Source: the human T2T-CHM13v2.0 reference genome, Homo sapiens. Taken from it: 64,000 nt of DNA. Position 1 is the stretch's first letter. Every line of letters starts with the position of its first letter. The DNA lies in NCBI RefSeq assembly GCF_009914755.1, contig NC_060947.1; one strand, 5' to 3'. Shown here piece by piece: positions 49,480-63,647 of the stretch. Position numbers and translations under genes: made by a program. Below the pieces are notes generated by a model, which saw nothing but the letters and a program-made list of their open reading frames with translations, was not told the DNA's origin and ran no database searches.

Positions 49480-51515
49480 TTTAAATTTTTTTTTAATTTT
49501 TAATTTTTGTGGGTCTATAGTGGTGTATATATTTCTGGGGTACATGAGATTTTTGATACAGGCATTCAACATATAATAATCAAATCAGGGTAAATGGGGT
49601 ATCCATCTCATCAAGCATTTATCTTTTGTGTTACAAACAATCCAATTACACCCTTTCAGTTATTTTAAAACGCACAATTAAATTATTTTGACCATAGTCT
49701 CCCTATTGTGCTATCAAATACAAGATCTTATTCATTCTCTCCAACTACTTTTTGTACCCATTAACCATCTCCACCCCCAACGCCCATAAACCCTGCTACC
49801 CTTCCCAGTCTTTTGGTAACCATCATTCTACTTTCTATCTCCATGAGTTCAATTGTTTTGATTTTTAGTTCCCACAAATCAGTGAGAACATGTGAACTTT
49901 GTCTTTCTGTGTCTGACTTATTTCACTTAACATAATGACCTCCAGTTCCATCCATGTTGTTACAAATGACAGGATCTCATTTTTTTTGTGTCTGAATAGT
50001 ACTCCCTTGTGTATATGTACCATATTTTCTTGATCTATTCATCTACTGATGGACACTTAGGTTGCTTCCAAATCTTGGTTATTGTGAATACTGATGAAAT
50101 AAACACAGGAGTGCAGATATCTCATCAATATACCGATTTCCTTTCTTTGGGTATATACCTAGCAGTGGGATTGCTGGATCATATGGCAGCTCTATTTTTA
50201 GCTTTTTTCAGGAACCTCCAAATTGTTCTTCATAGTAGTTGTACTAATTACATTCCTACCAACAATATATGAGGGTTCCCTTTTCTCCACATCCTTGCCA
50301 GCATTTGTTATTGCCTGTCTTTTGGATAAAAGCCATTTTAACTGGGGTGAGATGATACTTCACTGTAGTTTTGATTTGCATTTCTCTGATGATCAATGAT
50401 GTTGAGCACCTTTTCATATGCCTGTTTGCCATTTGTATGTCTTCTTTTGAGAAATGTCTATTCAGACCATTTGCCCATTTTTAAAACAGACTATTAGATT
50501 TTTTTCCCTATAGAATTGTTTGAGCTCCTTATACATTCTGGTTATTAATCCCTTATCAGATAGGTAGTTGGTAAATATTTTCTCCCATTGCACCTTTCCA
50601 ATTTGCTTTAAATGCTGAATGACTGACTGTAGAATGGTCGATGCTGAGTTCTTCGGCAATTTCTCATGCAGTTTTAAGAGGATCAGCTTCAACAACTGCT
50701 CTCAATTGGTCGTTGTCAACTTTCAATAGCAGGCCACTATGCTCCTCATCTTCAAGGCTCTCATCTCCTTTGCAAAACTTCTTGAACCACCACTGCACTG
50801 TACATTTGTTAGCAGTTCCTAGGCCAAATGCCAGGCCTGTAATCCGGGACCTCAAAAACCTGCTTGGTGCTCTACCCCACTGTGGCCAACCTGGTACCTA
50901 AGCTGCAAGAAAAAGTCCCCTTTACTCTTCCCTCTCCTTTTCTTAAGCAGAAGGAGTCTCTCCCTATACCCACCACGGCTGGGCATGTGTTTGGTCACAC
51001 TTGGAACCAGAATGTCTGGTCACTGTGCTGATTGTTCAGGTCCCAAGGGCTGTTTAGTCAGCACGTGATAAATCCTGCCAAAACTGGGTACTTCTCTTCA
51101 AAGTAGCAGGTTCCCTTCTGGTGCAAGGTATGTGTCAAAATGTCATCCAGGAGCTACGGACTGGAATGGGAGTCTGATGCCTCTGCCTGGTGCCCTATCC
51201 TACTGTGGCTGAGCTGGTATCCAACTTGCAAGATAAAGTCCTCTTTACTATTTCCTCTCCTCTCCTCAGTGGAAGGAAGGATTCTCTCCCAGAGTTGCAC
51301 TATCTGGAGTTGGAAGAGGGGTGGCACAAGCACTCCTTTGCCCACTCTAGCTGATGTCTCACTAGGCCGCATGCACCCCAAGTCCATTGGCTTCGAGTCC
51401 AGCATAGCACAAGGATTTGCCCAGGAATTGCAGTCCTTGTGGCCTAGACTGCTTTTTGAGTCTATTTAGTACCCAGAGCACTTTAAGCCCGCGGTGGTGA
51501 AGCTTGCTGGAACTT
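49480..51515 (-). mobile_element. L1MA-like element: 3' end (49480-50589) and 5'UTR (50832-51515) joined through an Hsmar1 fragment
   Basis: Recognisable L1 3'UTR, ORF2 C-terminus and L1M 5'UTR repeats. Confidence 0.8.
50590..50831 (-). mobile_element. Internal fragment of the Hsmar1 mariner transposase
   Basis: GTANKCTVQWWFKKFCKGDESLEDEEHSG...DNDQLRAVVEADPL and HLKQIGKV, matching the Hsmar1/SETMAR HTH region. Confidence 0.9.
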
Positions 51516-52546
51516 TTGTTTCTCTAAGCCTTCATATGGGAGCTTGAACTGGAACTCAAGGGTAACAGAAATCATGGACATAAACCAGGAAGGAAGGAGT
51601 ATGCAGACATCAGCAAAAGTATCCCTTCTGTAGCCAATGTAGTAAAAAAAATTTTGTAAACAAAAAACATGCTCTGGATAGAGTTTAACCAGGAAAAAAT
51701 GAGGGAGAAATATTGACAAAAGTTTTTTTTTAACTACATTGGCTACAGAAGTAGAACTGGCAAGCAGGGGGGAATACCCTTTTTAAAAATTACTCCTAGT
51801 AGAAAAACAGATTCTTCAGATCATTTATGAATGAAGTTAGAATCTCTCTAAAAATATTTCTTGGAGATACAGACTGTTTGCAAGATTTAAATTTTGGCAC
51901 TGGTGTGATATGAAATTAAACACATTTACTGCAGATGAATTTTACTGGCATGGCCAATGGCAAAAGGAAGACTCATGTATAAAGACTGAATTTTCCATCC
52001 CAGCCCCATCACTTGACTTACATCTCCCTCCAGGCCAAGCCTATCTTAGGGTACTGTTTCCAATTGGAGGCTGTGGCAGACCTCAGACAGTGGCACTCTG
52101 ATTACAGGGTTCCTGGAGGGGTGCTACCTCACATTGCTCTGTAAGTAACCATTTTTCCTCTTTGACTATGACCTCCATCCCCTTTATTCCCCATGAGCAG
52201 CATGGAGTTTCATGGTCAGCCCTGTGCTCTAGCCACTTTCTTTCACTTGCTCTTTCCAGAGTATGGCTGACATTTTGTGGTTGCTAATTCAGGGTACCCT
52301 GTTTGTTTTGTTTTTTGAATGGCAGGTATGGAAAATCCAACAAGTAAAAAGAGTTTGAGTACTACTCTGTGAGTTTTCTCCTTCATTTACTCTTGCCCTA
52401 CCATTACCAACATTCTTCCACTAGGTGTCTCTGATAGAGGTGAACATATGTAGGACATTATCATCCACTGACAGATTAGGGCAAGGGAATTCTAAGTCCA
52501 CACCACTCCTTCTCAGAGAAGCCTGACCAAACCCAGCCATACTCAC

Positions 52547-52626
52547 GCAGAGATAGTCTTTTCTCGAGGTTCTGGAGGAAGTCCTACTGTCAAATGTTTC
52601 TGGTGGGAGAGAAGGTCTGTGCAGGC
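52547..52626 (-). CDS. PHKA1: PHKA1 exon 23 (80 nt, ACTDLLSHQKHLTVGLPPEPREKTIS-A)
   Basis: gttag|GCC and GC|gtgagt. Confidence 0.95.
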
Positions 52627-52839
52627 CTAACAAGAGATAGCATAATATTATCGTTTCTGTAACACCTCAGGTTTCCACAAACATTTCTCTTTTCAGCTGA
52701 AAAACCTTTGCTCCTCTTTAACATAATGACACACTGAACTCTCTTCCTCAGAAAATACCATGAAGATCAGAAAAGAAGGATTTCTAGGAAGAAACAATGA
52801 GGTCTTTTCATCTATCTCCTAGAAAGTAGGAACTTTTTT

Positions 52840-53685
52840 GTTTGGTTGGTTTATGGGGTTTTTTTCTTTCTTTTTAAAAAATTTGTTTAAATTTTTAAGT
52901 TTTCAATTTTTATGGATAAATAAGAGTTATACATATTTATGGAGTACATGTGATATTTTCATACAAGCATACAACATGTAATGATCAAACCTGGGTAATT
53001 GAGACATCCATCACCTCAATATTTATCATTTCTTTGTGTTGGCAAGATTCCAAATCTGCTCTTCTAGTTACTTTGAGATTTACAACAAATTATTGTAAAC
53101 TATAGTCACCCTATTGTGACACCAAATACTAGATCTTATTCCTTCAATCTAGTTGTATTTTCATGCCCATTAACTAAACTTTCTCTATCCCCCACTCCCG
53201 ACTACCCTTCCCAGCTTCTAGTATCCATCATTCTACTCTCTACCTCTATGAGATCAACTTTTTAAGCTCGCACATATGAGTGAGAACATGTGGTATTTGT
53301 CTTTCTGTGCCTGGGTTATTTCACCTAACATAGTGCCCTCCAGTTCCATTCATGTTACTGTAAATGACAGGGTTTTACTATTTTTGATGCAGAATAATAT
53401 CCAATTGTGTATATATACCACATTTTCTTTATCTGCTCATCTTCTGATGGACATTTAGGTTTATTCCATACCTTTGCTATTGGGAATAGTGCTACAATAA
53501 ACATGGGAGTTGTAGATATCTCTCCCATATACTGATTTCCTTTCTTTTTGATATATACCCAGCAGTTGGACTGCTGGATCCCATGGTAGTTCTACTTTTA
53601 GTTTTTTGATGAACCTCCATAGTGTTTTACATAAGTAGCTATACTAAGTTCCATTCCCACTAATGGTGTATGGATGTTTCCCTTT
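52840..53685 (-). mobile_element. L1MA-type 3' end
   Basis: Degenerate TSD ctag(a/g)a(a/g)gtaggaac. Confidence 0.85.
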
Positions 53686-53950
53686 CTAGGAGGTAGGAAC
53701 CTAGTGTAAATTCATTCTTAAGATATAGAATTCTTAATATCATTATAAAGATGTTATGGTTTATAACATTTTATAAATCTACAATTCTTACTTGTCATTC
53801 ACAAACTAAAAGAACTGAATATCAAATTTTATGTGGAAAAGACATCTCAAATGGTTAGAGGCTATGGTTGTTTTAAAAAACAATTATAGAAACCAATTTT
53901 TAAAAAGCACGCTTATTTAGATTTGGTATAAATTCAAGAATTTATAGTAC

Positions 53951-54107
53951 CTCATCAAGTGCTTCCACTTTCTTCCTTAAGATCCCAGAAATGTATCGGA
54001 TCAGGCCCCAGTGACGAATTTCTCCCACTTTGCCATACAGCTCGGTAAGAAGCTCTCTCACTGTAGCACTCCGTTCATTATACAATTCAGTGTTCCAGTC
54101 AGGTCCT
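53951..54107 (-). CDS. PHKA1: PHKA1 exon 22 (157 nt, [26 protein letters not shown]...KVEALDE)
   Basis: ttctag|A and GAG|gtacta. Confidence 0.95.
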
Positions 54108-54419
54108 CTAGAATTTTAACGACAGGACTACATCAGTTTTAAGTAAAGCTTCTGGCAATCATCTTTTCTTTCAGTGTTATAATGAACATGCCTGTTTTTG
54201 ATAGGTCTCTCTCACTAGGAAATCAATGTAATTTACTAAGAATCCTTATAAAACTATGATTAACAGTCAGCTCTGAAAGCCAGTACCTACACAAGAATAA
54301 GTCTTAGTTTTAGCTGTGCTTTTGACAAAATGCATTCTTTTACCCTATTCATGGGCTTCAATATAGTTGAAATTAAAGACAAAGATTTAACAAATGAATT
54401 ATTTCAAAAATCACTGTAA

Positions 54420-55600
54420 GGAAAGTCATATGACAAATTACCAACTAGGAAAAAATGTTTGCAATTCATAGGATAATTTCCCTTATATATAAAGAACTCC
54501 AACATGTAGATTTAAAAAATTAAAAACAAAAGAAAATCTGGCAAAACAAATACTGCTGGCAAAACAAATACTGCTGGCAAAACAAATAGATGGCTTTTAA
54601 AGATAGGAAAAGGTGCTCAACCTCACTCCTAGAAAAACTTTAACTTAGCACTATACCAAGATAACATTTTTAACCTATCAGATTGTCAAAAGTCCCTAAA
54701 GTTGATAACACTATTTTGGTGAGGCTTTGAGAAAACAGGCACCATCAATATGCTGCTGATCGGAATAAAAATTGGACAATTCCTTTGGAGAGCTATTTGG
54801 AAATATATATCAGTATTGAAAATATTTAAAAACAGCCTGGCAATTCCTAACATGGTTAAATGCAGAATTACCATATAATCCAGCATTTCCACTACTAGTT
54901 ATACAGTCAATAGAAATAAAAACATATGTCCACATTAACTTGTACATGAATGTTTATACCAGCATTATTCATAATAGCCAAAAAGTAGAAAGAACCCAAA
55001 TGTCCATCATCTGATGAATGGATAAATAAGATGTGTTATATTTATACAGGATATAATATCTGGCAATAAAAGAATGAAGTACTGATACATGTTACAACAC
55101 GGATGAATCTTGAAAATATCATGTTAAATGAAAGAAGCCTGTCATAAAGGACCACATATTGCAAGACTCAATTTATATAAAATGTCCCAAGCAAACAAAT
55201 CTATACAGACAGAATGTAGATTAGTGGCTGCCTAGGGCTGGGGGAATGGAGGGATTGGGGGTTGATGGATAAAGGAAGTGGGGCTTCTTTTTGGGGTAAT
55301 GCAAATGTTCTAAAATGAGTAGTGGTGAAGAATGCACAACAATGTGAATACATTCAAAGCCATTTAATTGTACAGTTAAAAAATACCTATTTTTTGATCT
55401 ATCAATTCGAGTTCTGGTTTACTTGCATGATAAATTTCACACACGTGAAATGCTGTATGCTATGAGGGTACTTGCCATAGCATTTTTGTGATTGTGAATT
55501 CTGGCAACAATTCAAATGTTCATCAATAAGAGGCTGGCTAAGTAAATTATGATATATTCAAATAATGGAATGACACAATTATTCAGAAAATATGAAGTAG
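54420..55600 (+). mobile_element. Old L1MB/MC 3' fragments
   Basis: cccaaatgtccatcatctgatgaatggataaa and similar motifs. Confidence 0.75.
54538..54588. repeat. About 2.8 copies of an 18-bp tandem repeat, ctggcaaaacaaatactg
   Basis: Seen directly; the copies are identical. Confidence 0.9.
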
Positions 55601-55607
55601 ATCTAGA

Positions 55608-56148
55608 TTGTGGTAATATATTTTCAACAATAGCTGCAACAATTTCCTATCCAACCTACTCTTCTTACAATGTGACTCTCGCACTCCTCCCATGAAGAGA
55701 TGAGTTCTGTGTTCCCTTCCCTTGAACCCAGGCATGCTTGTGATTAAGGCAAAAGTGACTTACCTAATTTCTGAGGCTAGGCTATACAAAGTAATAGAGC
55801 TCCCAGCTGGGACACTTACTAGTAGAACCTAGTCATCATGCTGTGAAGATGTGGAGAGACACATGAGGAGGTCATCTGTGGGTGTACCAGCTGTAGGTAA
55901 CCTCAGCTGAGGTTCTAGCCAACAGCCAGTATCAACCCCTAGACATATGAGTGGGCAAGCATTGTGAAGATTCCAGCCCCAGAAATTGTTGACCAAAACT
56001 AAATGAGAGACCTCAGGTGAGAACTGCCTGGCTGAACACAGGCAAGTCCCAGAACTGTGAAAGATAATTTAAAAATTTTTAAATTTTTGTTATTTTAAGC
56101 TACTGAGTTTCAGAGTGATTTGTTATGAAGCAATAGATAATTGGAATA
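55608..56148 (+). mobile_element. MLT1 (MaLR) LTR
   Basis: Typical 3' end ttgttattttaagctactgagttt...agcaatagataa. Confidence 0.75.
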
Positions 56149-56299
56149 TATATGTAGTTATCATCAAGATATATAGTTTTAGTGAAAGAAAGCAAGGTAG
56201 AGCTGTGTGTATACTATGCTACCTTTTGGATAAATAGGGGTAAAATTATCCCCATATATGTCTGTGTTTACCTACATATCCATAAATGTCCATGGGAGG

Positions 56300-56333
<34 letters not shown>

Positions 56334-57839
56334 CACTGACTGCCCATGAGAAGGGGAACAGGGTATCTGGGGGAACAGAGATGGGAGAAAGACATTTTAC
56401 CCTCTCACTGTATATTCTTTTGTACTTAAAAATTTTTGAACCATAGGAATATATCTATTCAATATATTAAATTAAAAAACATGAAATAAAATGTGCTATA
56501 GGAAGAGTCATTAATGGATGAAAAATATCAGTGAGCAAAAGTTTGAAGAGTAACCGTATATTTACGTAGTCTCAAAGTACATCTCTACAGGATACTTTTT
56601 TAATTACAAAAGATGACATAATAACTTTACAGTGTAGGTACATGGAAGAATCTACCTTAACCAAATGATCCAACCAAGCGATCAAAGTTTACAGTATCAG
56701 CAATGGGACTAATCAACACTATGATATGACACATGGAAAAGAACTTGGCATTACCTTAGTAATGTATAATCTGAATTTAATCATGACAAAACAACACATA
56801 AACTGAAATTGAGGGATATTCTGCAAAATAACTGGTTTGTATTCCTCACAAATGTTAACAACATGAAAAATGAAGACTCAGGAACTGTTCCAGATAAATG
56901 GAGACTCAAGACACCTGAGAACTCAATAAAATTCATGATTTTAGATGTTCTTTTCTATAAAGACACTATTGGGCTATATGACAAATCTTAATAGTATCTG
57001 TAGATAGTTAATAGTATTGGTTTAATGTTAAACAATTCCTTGACTTTGGCAATTATACTGTGCTTATGTAGGAGAGTTCATAATTTTTCAGAAATAAACA
57101 CTGAATTATTTAGGGTTAGATGGGGATCGTGTCTGCCACTTACTCTCAAATGGTTCAGAAAAAAATAATATGCGTGTGTGATTGAGTATAGATGATGACA
57201 TCAACGTGAAAGAGAGAGAGAGAGAGATTAAAAGCTCAGTGGAAACATCTGATGGATCTGAAGGAGGGCTATCCAGAATTTTTATTGTACTATCCTCACA
57301 ACTTTTCTCCAAGTCTGACACTGTCAAATTTTAAAGATATGAAAAAAGTGCTATGAGATCTCAGAATCAGTGGAAGATTATTTTTACTATTACAGATTGG
57401 AGGAAGTTTCATGTGGGTGACAGATGACCTAGGCCTTGACAGAGAGAAATGCAAGAAGTAGAAATGGAGTGTGGTAAAGGAGAATATTCTAGGCAGAAGA
57501 AAAAATAAGAATCAAGGTATGAAGGTAGGCATGTAGAGGCTGTGCTTTGGGTATGATAAATAGACTGTTTTGGTGACAGCATTCACATTGTAAGGGAAGA
57601 GCAATGGTAAATAAAAGTTGAAAGTCAAATCATAGAGGATTTAGATTTGGCCAATGATTCCCTGTGGTAGTGTTGATGCTGTAGCGAGAGGCAGGGGATG
57701 GGGAGGAATTGAAGACAATGACACAATTTCAAGTCTGGGTTACTTGAAGGAATGATGATACCCAGAATAGAGTCAGGAAAGACAACAGCAGTAGGTTTGT
57801 AGTAAAGACAGTGAATTTGACTTTAGACATGTTCAATAG

Positions 57840-60800
57840 GAAGATATATATTTGAAAATAAATTCTACTCCAAATAAGACTATGTCACAACCTATTATAA
57901 TAAAAATGTCAAAGATCAAAGACAAAGAGAGAATTCTGAAAGCAGTGAGAAAAAAGAAGCAAATAACATATAAGGGAATCTTAATAAGCCTAACGGCAGA
58001 CTTCTCAGCAGAACCCTTATAGGCCAGGAGATAGTGAGATGAGGTATTCAACGTGCTGAAGGGAAAAAACTGCCAGCCAAGAATACTTCAGAAATGAAGA
58101 AGACATAGACTTTTCCAGACAAACAAAAGCTGAGGAAATATATAACCATCAGACCTGTTTTACAAGAAATGCTAAAGGGAGTTCTTCAAGATGAAAGAAA
58201 AAGACATTAATGAATAATATGAAAACATCTGAAGATATATGTCACTGAGTACACAGTCATATGAATACTCTATTAATCTAACGATGGTGTGTAAATTACT
58301 TACATCTTTAGTATGAAGGTTAAAAGACAAAACCATTAAAAATAGTAACTACAATAATTTGTTAGGGGATATGCAATATAAAAATTTTAAATTGTGACAT
58401 CAAAAACTCAAAATGTTGGGAGGTTGAGTTAAAGAGATTTTTCTTCTCTTTTACTGTAATCATAGTTAAATTGTTAAGATTTTTTGTAAGCCTCATGGTA
58501 ACCACAATGCAAAAACATATAATAGATATGCTAAAAATAAAAAGCAAAAAATCAAAACATATTATGAAGGAAAATCACTTAGCCATAAAGACAGATAGTA
58601 AGAGAGAAATAAAAAAGGAAGGAAGGAAGGAAAGAAGGAGGGGGGAAGGAAGGAAGGAAGGAAAGAAGGAGGGGGGGAAGGAAGGAAGGAAGGAAGGAAG
58701 GAAGGAAGGAAGGAAGGATTGATTCTACAAAACAACTGGAAAACAATTAATTAAATGGCAGTAGTAAGCCCTTACCTACCAATAATTACCTTTAATGTGA
58801 GTTGATTAAATTATCCCATTAAAAAGCAGAGTAGCTTAATGAATAAAAAAAGCCAAGAGCCAACTATATGCTGCTTAAAAGAGATTCACTCCACCTGTGA
58901 GGACATACATGGACTAAAAGTGAGCGGATGGAAAAAAGATATTCCATGCAAATGGAAAGCAAAAGACAACAGACGTAACTCTACTTGGATAAAACAGACT
59001 TTCAGGGCCAGGTGCTGTGGCTCACACCTGGAACTCCCAGCACTCTGGGAGGCTGAGGCAGAAGGATGGCTTGAGCCCAATAGTTTGAGACCAGCCTGGG
59101 CAACATGGCCAGACCCCAGCTCTGCAAAAAAAAATTAAAAATCAGCTGGCCATGGTGGCATGCACCTGTGGTCCCAGCTACTCAGGAAACTGAAGTTGGA
59201 GGGTCACTTGAGCCCAGGAGTTTGAGACTACAGTGAGCCATGTTCATGGCACTACACTCCAGCCTGGCTGACAGAGCAAGACTGTCTTAAAAAAATAGAC
59301 TTTAAGTAAAACACTAAAAAGTGATATAGAAGGTCACCATATAATGATAAGGGGGATCAGTTAAGCAAGAGGATTCAACTATTGTAAATGTATATGCACC
59401 CAACATTGGAGCACCTAAGTATATAAAGCAAATATTAACATACCTAAAGGAAGAGATAGACTACAATACAATAATAGTACGGGCCTTCAACAGCCCATTT
59501 TCAGTAATGGACAGATCACATAGACAGAAAATCAACAAACAAACATTGGATTTAAACTGCACACTAGACCAAATGGACCTAATTGATATTTACAGAACAT
59601 TCCATCCAAAAGCTACAGAATACACATTATTCTCAACTTTACATGGAACATTCTGCAGGGTAGATTATATACTAGGCTACAAACAAGTATTAATGAATTG
59701 AAGAAGATCAAAATCATATCAAGTATCTTTTCTGATCACAATGATATAAAACTAGAAATCAATAACAGGAGAAACCACAGAAACTTTACAAATACAAGGA
59801 AATTAAACATGCTCCTAAACAACCAAGGGGTCACTGAACAAATTAAGAAGGAAATTACAAAAATTTCTTTTGGCAAATGAAAAGGAAATGCAACATACCA
59901 AAAGATATGGGATACAGAAAATGCTATTCTAAGAGAGATGTTTATAGCAATGAATGCATATATCAAAAAGTATAAAGGTCTAAAATAAACAACATAATGT
60001 TACACCTAAAGTAACTAGAAAAACAAGAACAAACTAAACCCAAAATTAGTAAAAGGAAGAAACAATAAACATCAGAGTGGAAATAAATAAAACAGAGACT
60101 AAAAAAGCAATACAAATGATTAACAAAATGAGAAGTTGGTTTTTTTGAAAAGATAAACAAAAATCAACAAAGATTTGGCTAGACAAAGAAAAAAAGAAAG
60201 AATACCCAAATAAATAAAATGAGAGATGAAAAGGAGATATATAGCCTGGGTAACATAGTAAGACCTCATTTCTATAAATAATTAAAAAAACATTTAGCCG
60301 GACATGGTGGCACGCACCTGTGGTACCAGCTACTCAGGAGGCTGAGGTGGGAGGATCACTTGAGACTGGGCAGTGAAGGCTGCAGTGAGCCATGATGATG
60401 CCACTGCACTCCAGCCTGGGCAACAGAGCGAGACCTCACTTCAAAATCAAAAAAAGAAGATGAGATATAACTGATACCACAGAAATTAAAAGAATTGTTA
60501 GAAACTGTTATGAACAATTATATGCCAACAAGTAGGAAACCCTAGAAGAAACGGATAAATTTGTGAACACATACAATCTACCAAGATTGAAGTATGAAGA
60601 AACAGAAAATCTGAATAGATCAATAACAAAGGAGATTGAATCAGTAATAAAAAGTCTCCCATCAAAGGGAAGCCCAGGACCAGATGGTTTCACTGCTGAA
60701 TTGTACCAAATATTTAGAGAACTAATACTAATTCTTTTCAAACTATTCCAAAAAATAAAAAAAATAAAAAAAAAAAAGGAAAAGGGGAGAGTTCTTCCGA

Positions 60801-60880
60801 ACTCATTTTATGAGGCCAGCATTACCCTGATACCAAAACCAAACAAGGACACAACAAAAAAAGAAAACTAGAAGCCAGTG
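57840..60880 (+). mobile_element. Old L1M ORF1-ORF2 fragment with AluJ insertions (59006-59295, 60243-60455) and a (GGAA)n repeat (58617-58718)
   Basis: ORF1 C-terminal and ORF2 EN peptides in the ORF track; Alu consensus. Confidence 0.85.
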
Positions 60881-61632
60881 AGAATGCTCATCCTGTAATG
60901 ATTATAAAACCCCCAATTTAGTCTCCTTTCCCTGGGCTCTCAAGCCTTTTTGGGAGCAAGCTGGGAACCTTCTTTGCTCTTCCTAGAAAGCCTTATTATG
61001 TGAGTAATAAATATTCCACACCTTCTTGGTATGTGTATGTCACCATCTATCTCAACATCCAAACCAAATTTAGGGGAAGAAAGTCCATCCTGCCTCTTCA
61101 TGGTGACTACAACATGGAAAAGGAGGGAGAACAGATTATTTTTGTGTAAGCTTGTGGGGTTTAGGAGAGAGGAGTTCAATTTGGACATATTGAGTTTGTA
61201 CTAATACAAAGTACCTAGCAGGATGCCTGACACATAGCAAACAAAAATGTTAGTTTCTTTCTCCTATAAACCTCTATATTCTTACTTTTCTTGAGTTAAA
61301 AACTTATCTGTACATTTGACCAAATAATGGAGGCTTAAAAATAACCTAATGACAGTAATATTTATCAGTTATTGATCACCCACCATGTGCCAGGCATTGT
61401 ATTAGAGACTTCATGGATATTATATCTTAATCTTTACAATAACTCTATGAGGTATATATAATCCAAATTCTATAAATGAGGACAACTGAGGGTTTGAAGT
61501 CACATGATGGATAGGTTGTTAAACTATATTCAATTCCAGATCAGCGAAACTCCAAAAGCTGTGCTCTATTTATTATGCTATAATTCCTCTGATTATGAAC
61601 ATTAAACTAGATTGATAATATCCACCACTTAC

Positions 61633-61772
61633 TTCATAGTATACAGCATATAGAGGATATCAGCTTGTTCCTGTAAGCTTGAGGTCTCCTTCAACTGTAA
61701 AACCAGTGCTTTAAAGTCCACCTCCCCAGACTGGTCTCTAGGAAGATGTATTTCTACACGAACAGAGGGAAC
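61633..61772 (-). CDS. PHKA1: PHKA1 exon 21 (140 nt, [16 protein letters not shown]...LYMLYTM-K)
   Basis: ORF-track peptide; ctaaag|GTT and AA|gtaagt. Confidence 0.95.
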
Positions 61773-62136
61773 CTTTAGTTTGAGAAATGATGACAAGAAA
61801 TTAAGTTCACAAGTGCTCAACTTAAATAATGTCCTAGAATGAGTCATATTTTCACCTCTAAACCTTTTCCAAGGAATTCTTTAAATACTAATGAAAGGCA
61901 AAGCAAAAGTAATGAAACCTTCCAGATGTATAATACAGCAATCTAGTTTTCCCAAAGTCTGACCAGACAAACTTGCCCAATGTAAAAGTGAACTGAAAAG
62001 AACATGTATCTTCACCAGAATAGCATTTTGCGTACCACTAGTTAGTAACAAGAACCATAATGACTAGTCCTATTATTTCCCATAAAGATGGCAGTTTTTC
62101 AAAAAGCTAATAGAAATACCTCCTGCACAAATTTAC

Positions 62137-62228
62137 CTGGTTCTCCTGTCGGGGATGAGGTGAATCAAGTAAGTTGAATGAAGGCCGGGAAGCCTGAAAT
62201 AACTTCGTAGGAAGATACATGTGAACAT
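62137..62228 (-). CDS. PHKA1: PHKA1 exon 20 (92 nt, [31 protein letters not shown])
   Basis: ttgcag|AT and CAG|gtaaat. Confidence 0.95.
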
Positions 62229-63647
62229 CTGCAAAAATATGACATTTATGGGAAATATTAGGTAATTAGGAGACTAATAGAAATGCACAGTTGACTTCAA
62301 CAATTAAGTCACATGTGAGTCAGTTCTTCATAGAACAAGAATGACAAATTTCTCCTTTCTTGGTAATATCAAAGAAAATAAATATGAATATAAGATAATT
62401 TAAATAATGTGCAATTAATAAGTATATTTTGAATTGAATTTCTAGAATTATAGCACTAGCTGGACATGTAAGATATTAAATTTACTAATGTGATTAATCC
62501 ACGATGGTGCGTTCACTGATACTTTGATGGAATACGACATATAATAGAAAGAACTCAGTTGCATTTTCTATTTTCCGAACTTTTCTAGGTGAATATCTGG
62601 CTGCTAGTGGTTAAATTTCCCTAAGAATAAGTGAATGGATGATCCTATCTAGGGAATAAGAAAAATGTAGTTGCTGACCAACTTTGAGATATTCCTAAGA
62701 TTTTTTACTTACAGTTCATTGTTGAAATACTTACCATCACTTCTAAGGAAAGATTTGTAATTTTCACCACTTTACAGATACAGAAAGAGAGATACAGAGC
62801 TCAAATAACTGTTCAAGCAAGTAAGTAGCAGAGCTGGGAATTAAGCCCAAGTTTTCTGGTTCACAATTGAGAAGTATAACAATAAATTTCATCTCTTCAT
62901 ATAAGCCCTTTCTCGAGGAAGCATACTCAGAGGGTATGCTGAGCTTTTCCCTATTATAAATGTTAAATGATTCCCAATGTTCATGTTTAATGTATTTGGT
63001 TAGTAATGGTCAATAAAGTTTTAGACAGCAAGAGCATGCATCTCAGTCATTCTCCTCATCTGTAAAATGTTAACATTCAGGTCTTCTAGGTGTGGCCAAG
63101 GAGCCCTTCTCTCCTTTCATATCCAGCTACTATAAAGACATTGAACACTCTTAGGAACTATGACTACTCCTGGCAATGTGTGGCAGAAGACACCCTCCAC
63201 TGTGAATACAACTGAAGGAGGGTAGTGGCCATGGGGAGAAGAATGGCAAAGTTGTAAAGAATGAGTATTATATTTGACAAAACAGCTCTACATTGCTGGA
63301 ACAACAAGAAAATTCCATAGAAGTAATTTTCCCAAAGGAAAAACCCTTTCTACCATTTCAAACTTTAATGTTATAGTTGAATATGCTCCATGTCTCTTGT
63401 TCTGCCTCTTCTTACCATGTTACCAGTTAAACCAGACTACATAGCACTACCTGCAGCATAACTATACACAATTCACTCATTTTACAAATATTTGAGTGTC
63501 TAATATGTTCTAGGTGCTGTCTGAGATGCGGGGGATAAAGCAGTGAAGAAAACTAAAGTTCCTGCTTACATTGTAATCAATGCCCGCCCCTATCCTGGGC
63601 TTCACGTCATCCTGTGCCTGACTCTGGTGAGTCACGGCATTACTCAC

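Noticed and set aside
58471-58722. Lys/Glu/Gly/Arg-rich ORF
   Set aside because: Translation of a (GGAA)n microsatellite inside an L1.
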